Assembly (NCBI GenBank): GCA_040954595.2
Contig: CM082584.2
Span: 13,828,896-13,892,895 of the forward strand
Reading direction: 5' to 3'
Length of the DNA stretch: 64,000 nt
DNA from: Balanoglossus misakiensis
Taxonomy: Eukaryota > Animalia > Hemichordata
A program made the translations under genes and the position numbers. This document shows positions 1 through 13,949 of the stretch, piece after piece. The notes beneath the pieces were generated by a model. The model ran no database searches. It saw only the letters and a list, made by a program, of their open reading frames with translations, and was not told the DNA's origin. The stretch's first letter is position 1; every line of letters begins with the position of its first letter.

Positions 1-140
1 AGTTCGCAAAAATTTGGGAAGGAGATGCGAGATACTGCAGTTAAAAATCAACTTGAGTAGCAAATAGGAAGTTGATTACCATCTGACCAATCGTCAGGTC
101 ACAAATTTGATCAATGTCATGTTTTGATTCCACTCACCAG

Positions 141-2094
141 GATCCAGGCAGACAGTCTTCACCATCTAGACTACATGAAGTGCAAGCGTACAGGAATGAC
201 CTTAGACTCAGAATGATGAAACAGAGGCATCTCTTAGATGTACGTATAAAAATTAGTTTTAAATGCATTCTAAGTGCCATTCAGCATTTAAGTTTCATAC
301 AAGGTTTTAAATTTTGGTTGTAATTGGGGTTTTTGGTTTGTAGTCTGCACCTACTGAATTCTTCTATCAATTAACATTTTAGGATGGTTTGAGTGAGCCA
401 GGCAGTGATGATGTGTTCAGTCAATCACCACACTCGTCTATATACAGCAGAAGTAGTCCTCAGCCGCAAGTGTATCCAGGTAAGAACAGACACATGCTAG
501 TCTGAACTGCATGAATGATGATGATAAAAAAGGAGAAATATAATTTCCCCTCATGTTGTCTTTTTCTTTTCTCTCTTGCTTTGGAATCTGTCCGATATGA
601 TACAATTTAGTCCGTGTTGGTCAAAAACTGTATTTTGAAATATGAATTTATTTAGCACACTTTACAATCACCATCATAGTTTGGTCCAACTCAGCTATTG
701 TTATACTCTATTTTGCCTTTCTTTCTTTTATAAAATAACATTAACTCAATTGTCATTTTAGGTGAAGGAAGTCCCAGGCCTGGAAGGAGAATGTCACCAT
801 CGCCAACAGTGCATACAGCACCAGGAAGACCTCAGCCTATAATTGGAGAGAGGAGCCCCAGACAGTCACCCAGACTGCTGTCAAAACAGAACAATTGTGT
901 AAGTGATGATACCAGTCTTGGCTAATGCTATTCTGTGAAATCATTGTGTACTTTTCTGAGTTGTAATTAGCTTTCATTTGCATACATTAAAGTGGAGTGG
1001 TCGTCGCGCCGCATTGGTGTCCCCCTTGATGAGAATATGTCCCAGAATGCCTCACTAAAAATGGCTGCTGCATTGTATGGATGATAGTTCAGTGAGTTTT
1101 ACTTATAGTACAATTCGAACTTTAATGGCGACAGTACATGTTTTGTGACAGAGAGGGTGGTGTCATCAGGAGGACTGACATGAGACAGGACTGACATGAG
1201 ATGACATTATGATAGTGATAGTACAAGCGTCATATTGTCAGAAGGACAGCCACATCTGAACCATTTGGACCCCTGACCGTATAAATCCAAGTCACACCCA
1301 AGATGCAATGTCTTTTTTATAACAGCGTGATCTAAAGACTGTCATATCAATATGTATCAGGCTAATGTGGTGATTTCTGTCAGTATCACAAGATTTACCA
1401 TTGCAAGTGCATGTGTATATCTCATGGGATAAAATGTTTAACACAAAAAAATACATCCTGTCCTTTTGATCAACCTCACTTCAGATAATATCATCCCTTT
1501 CATTATCTGTGGTGACTCCATTGCGCTGTTATTTTATGAATTGTTTCCCACTTCAGTGCTGTTCATGAAGGATATCATTTATATCACAACAAGACAATCC
1601 CAATTTTGTTCATTTCCATTCCAATCCAGAATATCGAACTTTTGTATCAATGATGTATTACAAGTGTAAATACCTTCTTCTGCTTCAACAGAAAACACTG
1701 GAATTTGTGATATCCAAAAATCCAGGTCTGGGCTTCAGTATAGCTGGTGGCTATGGATCACAGGGGAATCCCTTCAAACCAAACGACATGGTAAGTTACA
1801 AAGTCAGTGCTCTGTACCATCTTGATTGATATTTTCCTACTATTCTATGTGTTTAGATTGCTAGAAGTATCATCTTGATTTTGAATGACACAGTACCCAT
1901 CTTTTCCTTTTTCCAAGGGAATCTTTGTGACCAGGATTCAACCGGAAGGTCCTGCAGCAGGGCTGATTCATCCTGGAGACAAGATCTTGGAAGTCAATGG
2001 TACTGACTTTACAGACATCGCTCATCAGGAAGCCGTGGCCATTCTGAAAAACAATAACCCGGTAACCCTAACAGTTCACCGCGAGGATAGGTAG
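141..2094 (+). CDS. ERBIN/LRRC7: 3' end of a LAP-family (LRR and PDZ) Erbin/Densin-180-like gene; last 5 coding exons including the C-terminal PDZ domain (5' part lies outside the window)
   Basis: GT-AG exons 141-239, 383-479, 762-898, 1692-1790 and 1918-2094 splice in frame. The last two encode [33 protein letters not shown]|[58 protein letters not shown], which has the GLGF loop and the GNPF..D.GIFVTR.QPEGPA signature of the Erbin/Densin PDZ domain. Confidence 0.88.
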
Positions 2095-5000
2095 AGTTGG
2101 ATGCCCACGTCCAGAAATACTGTGTATTGCCAGGAGGTGTACCAGATGAAAGACTCCAGGCAAACTGAACAGTGCTGATACTTGATTTTCTTGTTACAAG
2201 ATATGTATGCTAAATCGTGTAAGTGCAACTTCAGTTCAGAAGAAGAGTACATTTTGAATCTTTCCATGCAACAGTCTTTATGGTTTAGTCAATTTTTTGC
2301 AGCTTAATTACCCCCAACACTGATTGACACCTACATTGATAAAGGACACTTCCCAAATGTTCTAATCAAATATCTAAGTCAGTGGGTACATCCACTGTAT
2401 GCTTCCAAGCACAATTATCTCTTATGTGTATGCTGAACTATTCTGAAGTCACCTGTTCAAAAAAGTAGGGAAGAGAAATGATAATTCAGGGATGTCTTTG
2501 ATGTTAGTCATTAGAGACTAAATGAAATCACATGGCTGGTTCACCATGCCTGTGCGTTACTGTGTTTGTATTTATTACCGTGGTAACTATTCCAGACAGT
2601 GAGTGCAAAGGTCAATGTTTATTTGTTTCTGGATATTCAGAAATGCAGTTTCTTGAAAGGCACAATTTTGGTGATCACAGCGTTGAAATAGTTTTCCTTG
2701 AACAGGTTATGTGAATTTGACAGGAAAAAATCAGTCTACAAGAGTTTTGTGTCTTTGAGTACCAATCTTGTAGTTGTATTCAGTGTGTTTGTGTAGGAAA
2801 ACTTTACCACAGACTTGGAAAGAGTTTTCGTATGGTTTATCATCCAAGATCGTGTGTATACAATATTGGTGTTTTAGAGGTACTTTTGTATATATGAATC
2901 GAACAATCAGTGTGCAAAAATGAACAGAATGATCTCTTAAACTTCTGAAAAATACCTGTCAAAGCTGAGAGGATGGGTACATCATGAATGTCTTTGGGTT
3001 AGATTGTAAAGAGAATAGAACTGCCTTCCCAAATATCTTACCAAGTGAAGAGAATTTGAAAGAGTTATGTGTTTTTTTCTGGATGCAACACCCTGGTCAC
3101 TTCTGTTATGTCTTGGACGTTATCAAAATGAACCCAAACATGTTATTTTCAATATTTCATAAAGTTAAGTGTAACTATGTACTAAAGTTAGGTGTATTTT
3201 CCCTACCTATTCTAAACAAATGAAAACCCTTTTTCTACATGAAATTTTGTATTCAAGTACCCCGTAGAAACTTAAATGCTTAAATATGCAAAAATCATCA
3301 ATAGTTTGGTTGCCTCAGCCAAACTAAATTTGATGGTTTTCTCTCAAAACTTGCCTTAACATATCAAAATAAGAGAAGACCAGCACTTTATAATTATTTA
3401 TTAAAATTATGCAATTAAAGGCAGAAGACTGACTTTTGATAAAATGGGATCATGTTTTCTTCTTAGATGGATTGACCCTATTATATAATGTGGGCTGTAT
3501 TAAAAATCTGTGGAAAAATGGGGGTGGACAGGAGTGTTGTTATCAGTGAAAGGGCATGAATGGTCAAGTTTTTTTTTTTTTTGCAATACAAACCTAAAAC
3601 CACCGCCTGTGCATTTCTCTACATGACACATCTGCCTTTTCAAGTGTTCAACATTTGCAAAGAACTATTTTCTACTCTGAATCAATGCAACACTTCCAGT
3701 CTTTTGATAATTGCCATGGTGACACATTTGGTGTCAAATACATCTATTCAAAAATAATTTGACTTCAGACATTTATTTAAGATGTTTAATTTTGTTAATC
3801 GAGTGACAAAAGAGAGTCTTCACTTCACTCGTGATCCCTAGGCCTTGCTAATGTGTAACTAATCAACTTCAAAACCGATGCAATCAACAACAAGACGTCA
3901 AATCTCTGCAAGGACCGATTGGCCAACATCACTTTTGTACTAGTTTTGTCAATTTTTAACAGAAACGTCTCTAACTTTTGTAATTCCTTTTTATATCCTT
4001 TTTTTGAAAAAAATAAATAAATACTACTGTCAGTGTGGGGTTCACACTTTCAAACTTACCATTGAAAAATTAAAACTATTTTTGAAAAAAACGGAAAAAG
4101 TACATTCTATGCATAGTGCTGGTTGACTGTTAATCCTCGCATATGCCGAATTGTGCAAATCTACAATCATGTACCTTGGAGTGAGCCATTGCCACTTAAA
4201 TAAAACTTATGCCAGAACTTGTATTCACTGAAAATGAGAAGAACACAGCAATACACTCACGGAGTTAAATGAAGTTGATAGATCACCATAAACATTTAAA
4301 ATGAAGAAGTTTTGAGTCTGAAATCCAAAACAGGTTTGTTTAGGCAACGTTTGCATTTGGCTACCAGGAAGATGAAGACATTTCATAAAGAAATTGAACT
4401 TACAGCCTCCATATTACCATAACCATAGTGGTGTGGCCACTATATGCAAGACTTATTATGCACACAGATCAGTATAGTCTTTTTCAGTATAGTGATGTCA
4501 AAGGCCGAAAACTCCCAGTCAATATATCTCCTAATTCACAAAGAGTAATAAGTATATTTGATGATTTTTGTGGTATGTATGGTGACCCGGGCAGAACGAA
4601 AAGTGTGGAAAAATAAAGAGTCATCACTTTTTCTAAAAATGTTTTTATTTTAATTTCGCACAAATACATCTTTGGTTTATTTCAATCACTTCCCATACTC
4701 ATTAAAATTACTCAGAAAATTTGACAGCAAATGATTTTCCCCAATGTTTTCAAAAAATTCTCAGTGCAAGGAATGAGTCAGAAGCAGGGCACTTGAGATG
4801 CCTTTGCCTTTCTAAAAGTTGGTCTTTCTGTTTAAAAAAGTACTCTCACATTATTTCTATATGTTTACTGTTCCAGTTAATGTGCATGTAGCTCTGAAAA
4901 AGTGAAGTAGAATTCCACCCTGTGTGCTGTTCCATTTAATGAACGCACAGCCCTGGGAAACCAAGTAGAACCTAACCTACGCATGTGTTACCGGTAATGT

Positions 5001-6210
5001 AGTTGCACAATCTGGGATGCAGAATTTTTGTTAACTTATTTGTACAAGGTACATGTATTTATACACAAATGGACCAGAGAATGGACCAAGTAATTCAGTG
5101 CAGGGAAAAAATATATATGTCTATGAAATGTAAATTTTTATCTCAGAACATTTTAATCAAAACACTTGTCAATGAAGTATTACAATGATCTAGGTGCTGT
5201 TGTATAGTTAATTGTACAATTTCTAACTGTGCATTCATTTCTGTGACTGATAATTGTTAATTTCTTGTCTGCACAACTGTAATTTGTAATTTTCATGATT
5301 TTGTCCTATCACTAATTGTGTTGTTCACTTTCAAAGCTTATCGCAGTATTTGGTTCTGTATAAGTTAATGATGAATGTTAATTATAAGCACCCATTTCAT
5401 CCTTAAAAAAACTTGATTTCTTCGTGGTGTTATAAATCCAGATCCTGTGTAAATAAAGCCAAAATGTTGATTTTTGTAAACTATAATTTATTTTACTTTA
5501 CTTTACCTGTGGTTTAGAAGCCATGAATGTTCTTCTTACATGAGAGACAGAGAACACGTTTTTACAATAAAAAAGTGAGTTTCAATTTATACGTAGACAG
5601 CTGGCCATGTTTTAGGGTAGTTGTAGACCAAATTTGATGATTTTTTTCTTGTAACAGTTCCATTTTTTTCACAAACCATTTTCTGCCTGTGTGTGGAAAA
5701 AGGCCACACAAACCCCTGGACTTTGTTTTGTCATGAGTTCTTTTCTTTCAGATCATATCGCTTTTTATTATGTTGCTTTTTTGAATGTGTATTTTTGAAT
5801 TTTATTGTGTGCAGTTGGTTATCAGTGACTTCAGTTTGAACTAATGAGAGAAGTTGTGATGTCATGCTGGTGTAAATTAATTATGAACGACTTCACCAAC
5901 TTTGGTAGTTTTTCTTCTACAATGTGTCAGTTTCCATGGCATCACATTAACCAGCTAGGTCTGGGTATATATATACCCAGTGGGTAAGTGGAGCCTTTAA
6001 AATAGGTGGACTTTCTTTTTGACATGAACTTGACCGAACACATTCATTTCCCACAGTAGAAGAAACTTTTTTTCTTTCAATTGACAGTAATCACTTTTGT
6101 GGTTTGTAGCTGTTTTATTTTATTTTATTTTTTCCGTATGAAATCAGAAGAATCATGAAATGTGATCTTTGCTGATATGTTATTGCCAATCTTAATGAAA
6201 TAAATGGATA
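2095..6210 (+). other. Probable long 3' UTR of the Erbin/Densin-like gene
   Basis: AT/GT-rich non-coding sequence after the stop codon, with AATAAA hexamers near 5452, 5566 and 6198. The true end cannot be determined from sequence alone. Confidence 0.4.
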
Positions 6211-6779
6211 AATCAGTTTACAGGCAACTTTTGCTGTGTCACATCTCTTTCTGTGCAGTATTGTCTGTTATCAGAGCAGAGCTGGAAGAACATCATAAAA
6301 CGACAATATTTCAGACTACCTGTATTTTTAAATCTGCTGTCACTTATTGTCAATACACTCATTGGGAATCTCAGAGACGTGCTACATTCACTGCATACTG
6401 AAAGTTAAAAAAAAGGCCACTCCTGAAATGCCACACTCTTTTGCGACAACTACATATGAAAGATTTTAAAACTCCTAAATGCATGTACAAGAAATCTACA
6501 TACCATACCTTAACAGGTACAGAAAATTCGAAATGATTCATTGAGGAAACGCATCACATGAAGACATTCAGTTCATATCTGGGTACAAAATGAAAATGTT
6601 TGAAATTGTCAATGGCACTTTTTCATAATAAAGACCCCCACAGTCCATCCCCTTTTGCAAGCTTTCTTGCAACTTATAGAAATATAAATGTGTACTGCTC
6701 AGAAATTAGACATTTATATCTTTAAAATTGCAAACAGTATCTGAGTGCGTGTCTTATTTCTTGACGAGTATTTTTACGA

Positions 6780-7260
6780 ACTCAGCGTATGAGGGCGCCT
6801 AATACCATGACTGCATGATATTTATACGAGACAAATCGAGGGTCGCGTTAGCCCGGAGACCAGGGCGTCGAAAAGATCGACCAAACGGTGCTTCTCCCTT
6901 GCCAAACGGTTGAGGGCGCGTCAGTGAAGAGCCTTGTAGCGAATCGTGGGCTGTGAGAGAGTCTTAAGGTTGATCCCTGACATCATTTCAGTACGTTTAT
7001 TGTGCAAAGCGAAAATCCATGATTAATTGACTGAGTAAATTGTATATAACCGACTTTGGATCACAGTCACTGTCATGTCTTTCAGTTGGGTGACGTACGT
7101 CGTGTCGGGACCATTAGAGTGATTCGGCAAACTTTCCTGGTAAAAGGAAATAATTATTTTACGAAGTCATCTGTCGATACACAAAGCTACACACGACAAT
7201 GTTTATGACAGCCACAGACAAAGAGAGAAACTGTGTGCAATGCGCGTATTTCGTGCCATT
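6780..7260 (+). promoter_or_regulatory. CpG-rich candidate promoter and non-coding first exon of the Dab gene
   Basis: CpG density rises sharply relative to the flanks. Donor-like sites are CTG|GTAAAA at 7140 and CAG|GTAAAA near 7718. The next gene downstream on this strand is Dab. Confidence 0.45.
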
Positions 7261-7270
7261 TCCCTATCCG

Positions 7271-7480
7271 TGTCAAAGGTAGTCTCGGTTACCCAGACGC
7301 CTTTGCTTCTTCCGATGCTCTCCAGAAAAGGAGCATCGGAAGAGCAAAGGCGTCTGGGTAACCGAGACTATGTCAAAGGTAGTCTCGGTTACCCAGACAC
7401 CTTTGCTTCTTCCGATGCTCTCCAGAAAAGGAGCATCGGAAGAAGCAAAGGCGTCTGGGTAACCGAGACTATGTCAAAGG
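7271..7480. mobile_element. Two tandem ~91-bp hairpin MITEs (7280-7370, 7380-7471) with a 9-bp TSD present three times
   Basis: Each copy reads TAGTCTCGGTTACCCAGAC(G/A)CCTTTGCTTCTTCCGATGCTC...GAGCATCGGAAG(A)AGCAAAGGCGTCTGGGTAACCGAGACTA, a near-perfect palindrome. TGTCAAAGG occurs at 7271-7279, 7371-7379 and 7472-7480. Confidence 0.85.
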
Positions 7481-7982
7481 TTAAATGGGTGTTGTTCCAG
7501 ACATGCGTACTAATGCGACATCCGGGCGTGTGTGTATTGATGAATGGTGAGGGCATGACAAAATATAAAAATTAATGGTTTACAACATCATTTCCGTGAA
7601 AACAGCGCATCTTATTTTCGTAAAGAACTGTCGAAAGAAGGGCCGGAGTTGTGACTGGACATTTGGTATCAGAAAATTCACAGCAGACGAAGGAAATAGT
7701 GGCGGCTATTTTTTCAGGTAAAACATCGCTGGGATGACACCACGTACCAGACACTGTCACTAGACTACACACTGTACTATGTACTACTGTTTACATGATA
7801 GACGCGGGTGTGTTTGTGCGGTGGTATAAACTTGTGTGTTACTGTTTGGCTGAATATGAATAAATGATAAAAAACGTACAGTCATAACTTAGTTGCTATG
7901 CTTAGATTTTTTGTCACAGTCAGTGCCAGTACAGTGTTAGACGTGTGCGCGTGCAGTTGTGAACTGTTCAGGGTTCTAACCA

Positions 7983-8156
7983 CAGTCGAGCTCGTGCCTT
8001 GGTTTGTGTGTCAGTTTGCCGTCGAACACATGAAGCCAAGGCAAAACCTCGAACTACTGAACTGCAGGTAGGTTCTAACCTGCGAATGACATATTGATTT
8101 GCTCGGCTCCCTATGCATGCTATGGCCGAATCAGATATGGTACCGAACGCAGGCTG
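7983..8156. repeat. Two degenerate hairpin elements (about 7983-8056 and 8076-8156)
   Basis: CAGTCGAG..GCCTTGG...CCAAGGC..CTCGAACTA and TAACCTGCG...CGCAGGCTG are imperfect inverted repeats with termini resembling the TAG...CTA elements. Confidence 0.4.
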
Positions 8157-9043
8157 GTTTATAAATTATATAGGATGACCTTAGTCTGGAACGCTATTCG
8201 TCTAAAATAAAAAAATGTTCGCTTGTCCGGCATTTGCACGCGTGTGAGACCAACTCTGTGACTTAATATTCATTGGCCTTGACATTTATAACCTGTATCG
8301 TACTATAATTCACTTTTGAGACAAAACCACTAATACTGACGAACTCTAGGTTTCTGCATTGTTGTTTTGCATTATGGTGGGCAGGGTGCTATGCCATGTC
8401 ACCTCTCGAATTTTTCTCACTTTTTCTTGATCACCTTTGTGGTAGGTGTCCATACACATGGAGATAACAAGGATACACAGAGTTAAGACATGTTGAGAAT
8501 TTCCTGACAAGGGTGTAGAGACTATGGACTGATTTAATCGTGGGGGACACGCCCCCTAAAATTTAGTACTGACTGGTGTCAATTTGATCCTGAGATTGAT
8601 TTTACAGATAAGCAGAGCACATAGATCACAATTCACACAACACTACCCCTGCCAGACATGTGTCAATGTCTTTCTGTAATCAAAATTAAAAAAAAAAATA
8701 ACTGATGAAATCCAAAATGGTCACTGTTTCAGTCTGTGTACACCCTACATAATCAGTACATGTATTTACTCAGCTAATGTCCAGAATTGACCTATGGTGT
8801 CATACAGAGGTTTATAATAAACTTTATTACTGAGGACAGGGGATCCTGCTTAAACTTAAGTGCATAAATGATTTGGCTAGGTTCTAAAAGCCATGATAGC
8901 TGTTGAGAATTTTATTGTTTGTGATCTGTCTATGCATGTTTTGATTGTCAGTTACTGGTCCTATTGTTGTTGACCCACAAACATTTCTGCTGCATGATTT
9001 GTTACCAGAAACCTGTTATGCTCTGCTTTATTGCTACCATGAC

Positions 9044-9237
9044 TTAAAGGTATACAGTCACCTCCAATTTACATACGACCATATATGGCTGAAATGGCGT
9101 ATTTGAGTGTTCTAAAGAACATTATGGTAACGCTCTTATTTTCGCGTGTGCCACCCACTGAAATTCTGTGATTGGCTAGATCTCCATTTGCCATGGCAAC
9201 TGTAGCTAATTTTCCATAGGTGACCGTATACCTTTAA
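9044..9237. mobile_element. TTAA-flanked MITE (element 9048-9233), Kolobok-like termini
   Basis: TTAA|AGGTATACAGTCACC ... GGTGACCGTATACCT|TTAA: 15-bp TIRs with 1 mismatch, TTAA TSD and AG termini. Confidence 0.75.
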
Positions 9238-11698
9238 GTGTGCATCTCGAACGACACTTTCACTTATGCTTCATCCAAGTGAAATGCATGAAGACCCAGA
9301 TGTTATCTGAATGATAAAATGCCGAAATGTCATACATGCCCGTCAAGAAATACATATGCCGTTAACATATGTGTAGTCGCAGAATGGGTATTGTTGACAG
9401 AATCTGATCAAGACATTTTCATCTTGAAACTTGGACAAAGGTATGCGAAGGAAGTCTGTGTGGGGGCAGCTGTGTAAGCAGTTCAGGATGACTAGGCTCT
9501 GAATCACAAGGGATACTTTAGATTATATGAACCTAAACTGGAATCAAATGAGTTACTTGTTACTTGAAAATTCAACTTTGATGATGTTTGAGTAAATGTA
9601 TATGTCTGTGAACTAACCAAAGAATTCAGATTAGAATCGGCTGGTGTGGCTGTATTTTAACATAGCCAGGGTGTCTGGTGTACCTGTAAGAAAAACTGAT
9701 ATTTTTGGTTTGACCATGATGCAACATAATCAAGAACGATAGTACCCCTCTTGTGTATTAAAGCAATGCATATGCATTGTGTTGGGATGTTTGTCTGTGT
9801 GAGGTTCATTTGGTATGCTGAACGAATACTGGCTATAAAAACAGTATCAGCATTTATGCTATAAATGCACATATACAACAGAGTTCATTCCAGTCTTGCA
9901 TCCTATTGGTTACATTATAACCAATACATATGTAGAATGTGGCATTGCAATGTCACGAGAGCCAAAATGCAAAATTTATGAAAAATAAAAATCCACAAGA
10001 GCAATATGGACCATTTGAACTGTAGCTACTTTGTAAACAGCCTGGAAAATGTATCATCCAAGGAGTTTCAGACAGTTTGGAGGACCGTCTGGTCGTTTGG
10101 AGGCTGAAATCATAGTAAAGCTTCCACCTGGAAAGTACATGTAAGTGACTGTTGGGTCTCTTGCAGTACAATGCATTGATAATGCATGCATTTTATTATC
10201 ATTGACCTAGGGAATTGCCAGCAACCTGTTGCAAAGGGTTGCAAACTCTGCAATTTAATGAAATTCAGTGATGTAAAACTTCTAGTACAATGTTTTTTTG
10301 GGAAAAAATCCTGACGGAGTGTACTACATTACGATGAACAGAGGGCAGTCATGCCCTGATTACCATTGACGGTAATTTGCTACTGTTCCAAGTCAATCAT
10401 TGGCATTATTATATCACCTATAAAGAAAATCTACTGATAAACTGACGGCAGGAATTGTGTCATTGCAGTTTGGTTGTGAGCTTTTGAGTCATATATCTCT
10501 AGTGTTGAGTGCAAATAACTGTAAGTGATACATGTATGAAAACTGTTGTGAGAGAATTTCTTCACTGGTTATGTTAGTGAGTTCCTGTCTATGAACTGGC
10601 TGGGAGAACAACAGTGTTCAAGTTTTTAAAGATATTGCAACAACATATGGTTATACATTACCTACTACATGTACTAACTCTGTACCTTTATCTCAGTGGA
10701 GTATAGCTGTTCACCCTTAGTACATGAGAAGGGCTGTGTGTTGTGTGTTGACACATGTAATTCACTGTTTCTATATTTTAGAGTGCAAAAGTCCTTTTCA
10801 AATCTACCGATCATATTGTCTAAATGTGTGTTTGGAGATTTATGGAATTGTTGGTTTGGATTAATGATTGATAATGTGGGCGTTGCCAAGACTGTCCTTG
10901 AACTGGTGAATATAGAGAAAGAAGAAAAGAAAAAAAGTAACTCAGCCTAACTAGGTTGACAGGTTGACGACAGCTGATCAGACATAATACGTGTACTGCT
11001 AGGTTCATGTTATAAGTTTGGTGGGTTTCCATGGCAAACTTTGTCCATATGAAACGGTAGAAATGTTTGTTCAGTGAAATAAATTAGGCATTTTAGATTC
11101 ACATTTCTGCCATTTTGAAACTAGACTTTACTATTCCTTTGATATAAACTGCTTCCACAAAAATGAAAAAATTATACTGGTAGTTCCTGGAAAAATGCAC
11201 AGCTTAATTTGACTTCAGCGAGAGTGAGACATCTTCAATAGTTGTCTAATTTCCCAGAATCCATGTGTATATAGTGTACAAAATCAGATTCATCATAGAA
11301 ACACTGTAACTTGAATTTTTGACTGGAAATTAATTTTACCTAGTTTGTTAAGACTTCAAAATAGCACACAGTAATACTTAAGATTTTCGAAATAAATTTA
11401 TGTTCAAATAATACAGAATCCTTCACTTCATTATTGTGCTATGTGCAGGAATGTTTGCCAGCTTATATAAAACATATTTGTAAAAATTCATGAGATGTCA
11501 TATTCATGTGTTATTTATTATGTGTACCACTTGATGTAACATGTCACATTGTCCAGCAACCTTTGTGTTTGAATTTCCAACATCCTAAGGGGCGTGGAGT
11601 CTATTTTGAGATTTGCTTTACGGACTACTTAACTGATCAAGGGTCGTTTCTGTTACAGGTTTTTTTTTCTTCTCCTGACAGTTCTCTGCTTGTTCCAG

Positions 11699-11730
11699 GT
11701 GGCACAGCCCCTCTCTGCATGCTTCAGCAT
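11699..11730 (+). other. Possible 5' UTR exon of Dab
   Basis: Long pyrimidine tract with several AG acceptors (11658, 11681, 11698) and a strong donor CAT|GTAAGT at 11731. Confidence 0.3.
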
Positions 11731-13949
11731 GTAAGTTTAAACTTGCTTTTCTTTTATATTATTTTGTTAGCTTTTTTAATAACATTAGTCTCCTTGTTTT
11801 TTATTTCATTCCTTGTTTTAACTTCCTGACCCACCCCCTGTTGTGTAACTCCAGTGACTACTAGATCAGAAATTTTAATCTGCTACTGTTATCTCTTTCA
11901 ATCTCCTACGATTTTGCTCATTTCTCCTAATGTTCTCTCACTTTTGCATGCTTATATGGTTTCTGTTATGTCTATCTTACTTAATTTTAGCCAGGATTTA
12001 TTTTCCCATTCCTTTTGGTTCCATTTGGAACTGCCTTCTATGTTTTATTCCCTCAGGTTTAAAGTGTAATTAAGGGGGTGGGTCAGTCCATGGGTACGTG
12101 TAGACGCTGTGCGTGTGACCAAACCTGTCCATTTACACCCACTGTGGTGATAAATGCCTGAGCTTTTACTGTGCAAATACCATTATAATTCATCGGTGGT
12201 GGGGAATTTTTCAAGTCCATTTCTCACAGTTGCGTTGTCATTCATCTGTCTCTAAGGTGGAACATTGTCCAATTTTAGTACCCACCACAACATCCTAAGT
12301 TCACATTTGTACACACCTTTGTCAGTTCCATTTAATGAACAGCTGTCATCTTTGGTAACTTGCAAACAGTGGCAAATTGCCACCTTCATTTCATTCCACT
12401 GATCACACATCAGTGAGTGAGTGATCAAGTGAAATAGTGAATGCATGAATGGATGAATACATGTGGGTGTCATCATGAATAGAAGTTGAATCAACATAAA
12501 ATGCATCAGAACTGCTGAACCGAAAATGAATATCATCATGATGCCGAAACATACAACAAAATATTGTTTGCTGCATTACATGTTCAATAATGAGAAATAA
12601 TTCTGAATATTGACTGTGAGACACTTTGATATGTACATGTACATGTTTATGTGTACGCATCAAATGCAAAATTTAATGTAATGTGATTTTGTGTCTTTGT
12701 CTGCTTTTTGTTCACATATGTACATGTACATGGTGTAGGGCATCAGCTGGCAGCCAAAAAAAAAAATGCTGTGTGAATTCCAATGCAGTCATGGTATTCT
12801 GATTATAACTGGGATGGTACAAGGCTCATTCATACTGATCACCAAAGTTATTGAAATACAGAATGTGTCTCCCTCTGATTATTTGAAAGGATTCGAGTGA
12901 AATCAATACATGTTTTAAAGTGAAGACTCTTACATGAATGAATATATGTAGTGTGATATTTTTTGTTATTTGTTTTGTGTGCTCTGAATGATCCAAAAAT
13001 ACTTCACTTCATAGAGGGTCATATTCCTATACAAAAGGAGGTGGCATACATTTCAAAATATCAGAAGCGGTAATTACCACAAATGAATCATTCATGTTCA
13101 TGCTGTCATTGCAATTCAGGGTATGTTGCACACCGCTGGTCCAGTACTAGGTAAATGGCTATCAATATTAATGATGCTTTTCATCAATTTCTGTCTGGGG
13201 TTCATACCACCCTGTGTTGTATTGTTGTTTTAGAATGTATGGGCGTGATTCTAGTATGCGTTTCACATCCACATTGTCATACATGTATTATAATAAGCCC
13301 TTTGAGAAGAAGTCCATATGTCTTGCCATACAGAGCACACCTACATGTATTATCCTGAGTTTATTAGTACCCATATACATATACAATGTACTTAAATTTC
13401 GTTTTTTTTTCTCCTTTATGCTGTGTATTAATAGTAACAACATCTTTGATATCCGGGTGGGAACCCCACTGAGTGTTTGCCTGGCACGGATTGCTCAGAT
13501 GCTACCAAATCATTGCGATGAATAGAAAATAATTTCAAACATTACCATTTTGTACCTAACCATTATTCATACAGAGCAGTATGTGCCACGCATACATGTT
13601 CACAGTTGTGTGAACAGAGGAATTGCAGTGTTGTCCTGGACTGCTTTTCACCATGGCAGCACACAATTCATATACGTGAAACCCAGCTCTGCCATCCTGG
13701 CTTGAATTACAGCCAGCAAGCTTTTCGTGGAAAACTTAATACGACAGAGTGATGATCAGATATCAATTAATCATACTTTGATTTGTTATTTACCCCGGTA
13801 TTAATTTTGTCCCTGTGTTAATCATCAACAAGAATTGGCTCATTTGATCGATGTGTCTGACACTCTGACTCTGTTCTTGTACCTGGTCTTCATCTTTTTT
13901 ATCATCTTTCCTCAATTTATAGGCAGGTTTGCAGTTGAATTGATGCTGA

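Noticed and set aside
7240-7575. 111-aa ORF
   Set aside because: It runs through the tandem palindromic MITEs and has no splice or domain support.
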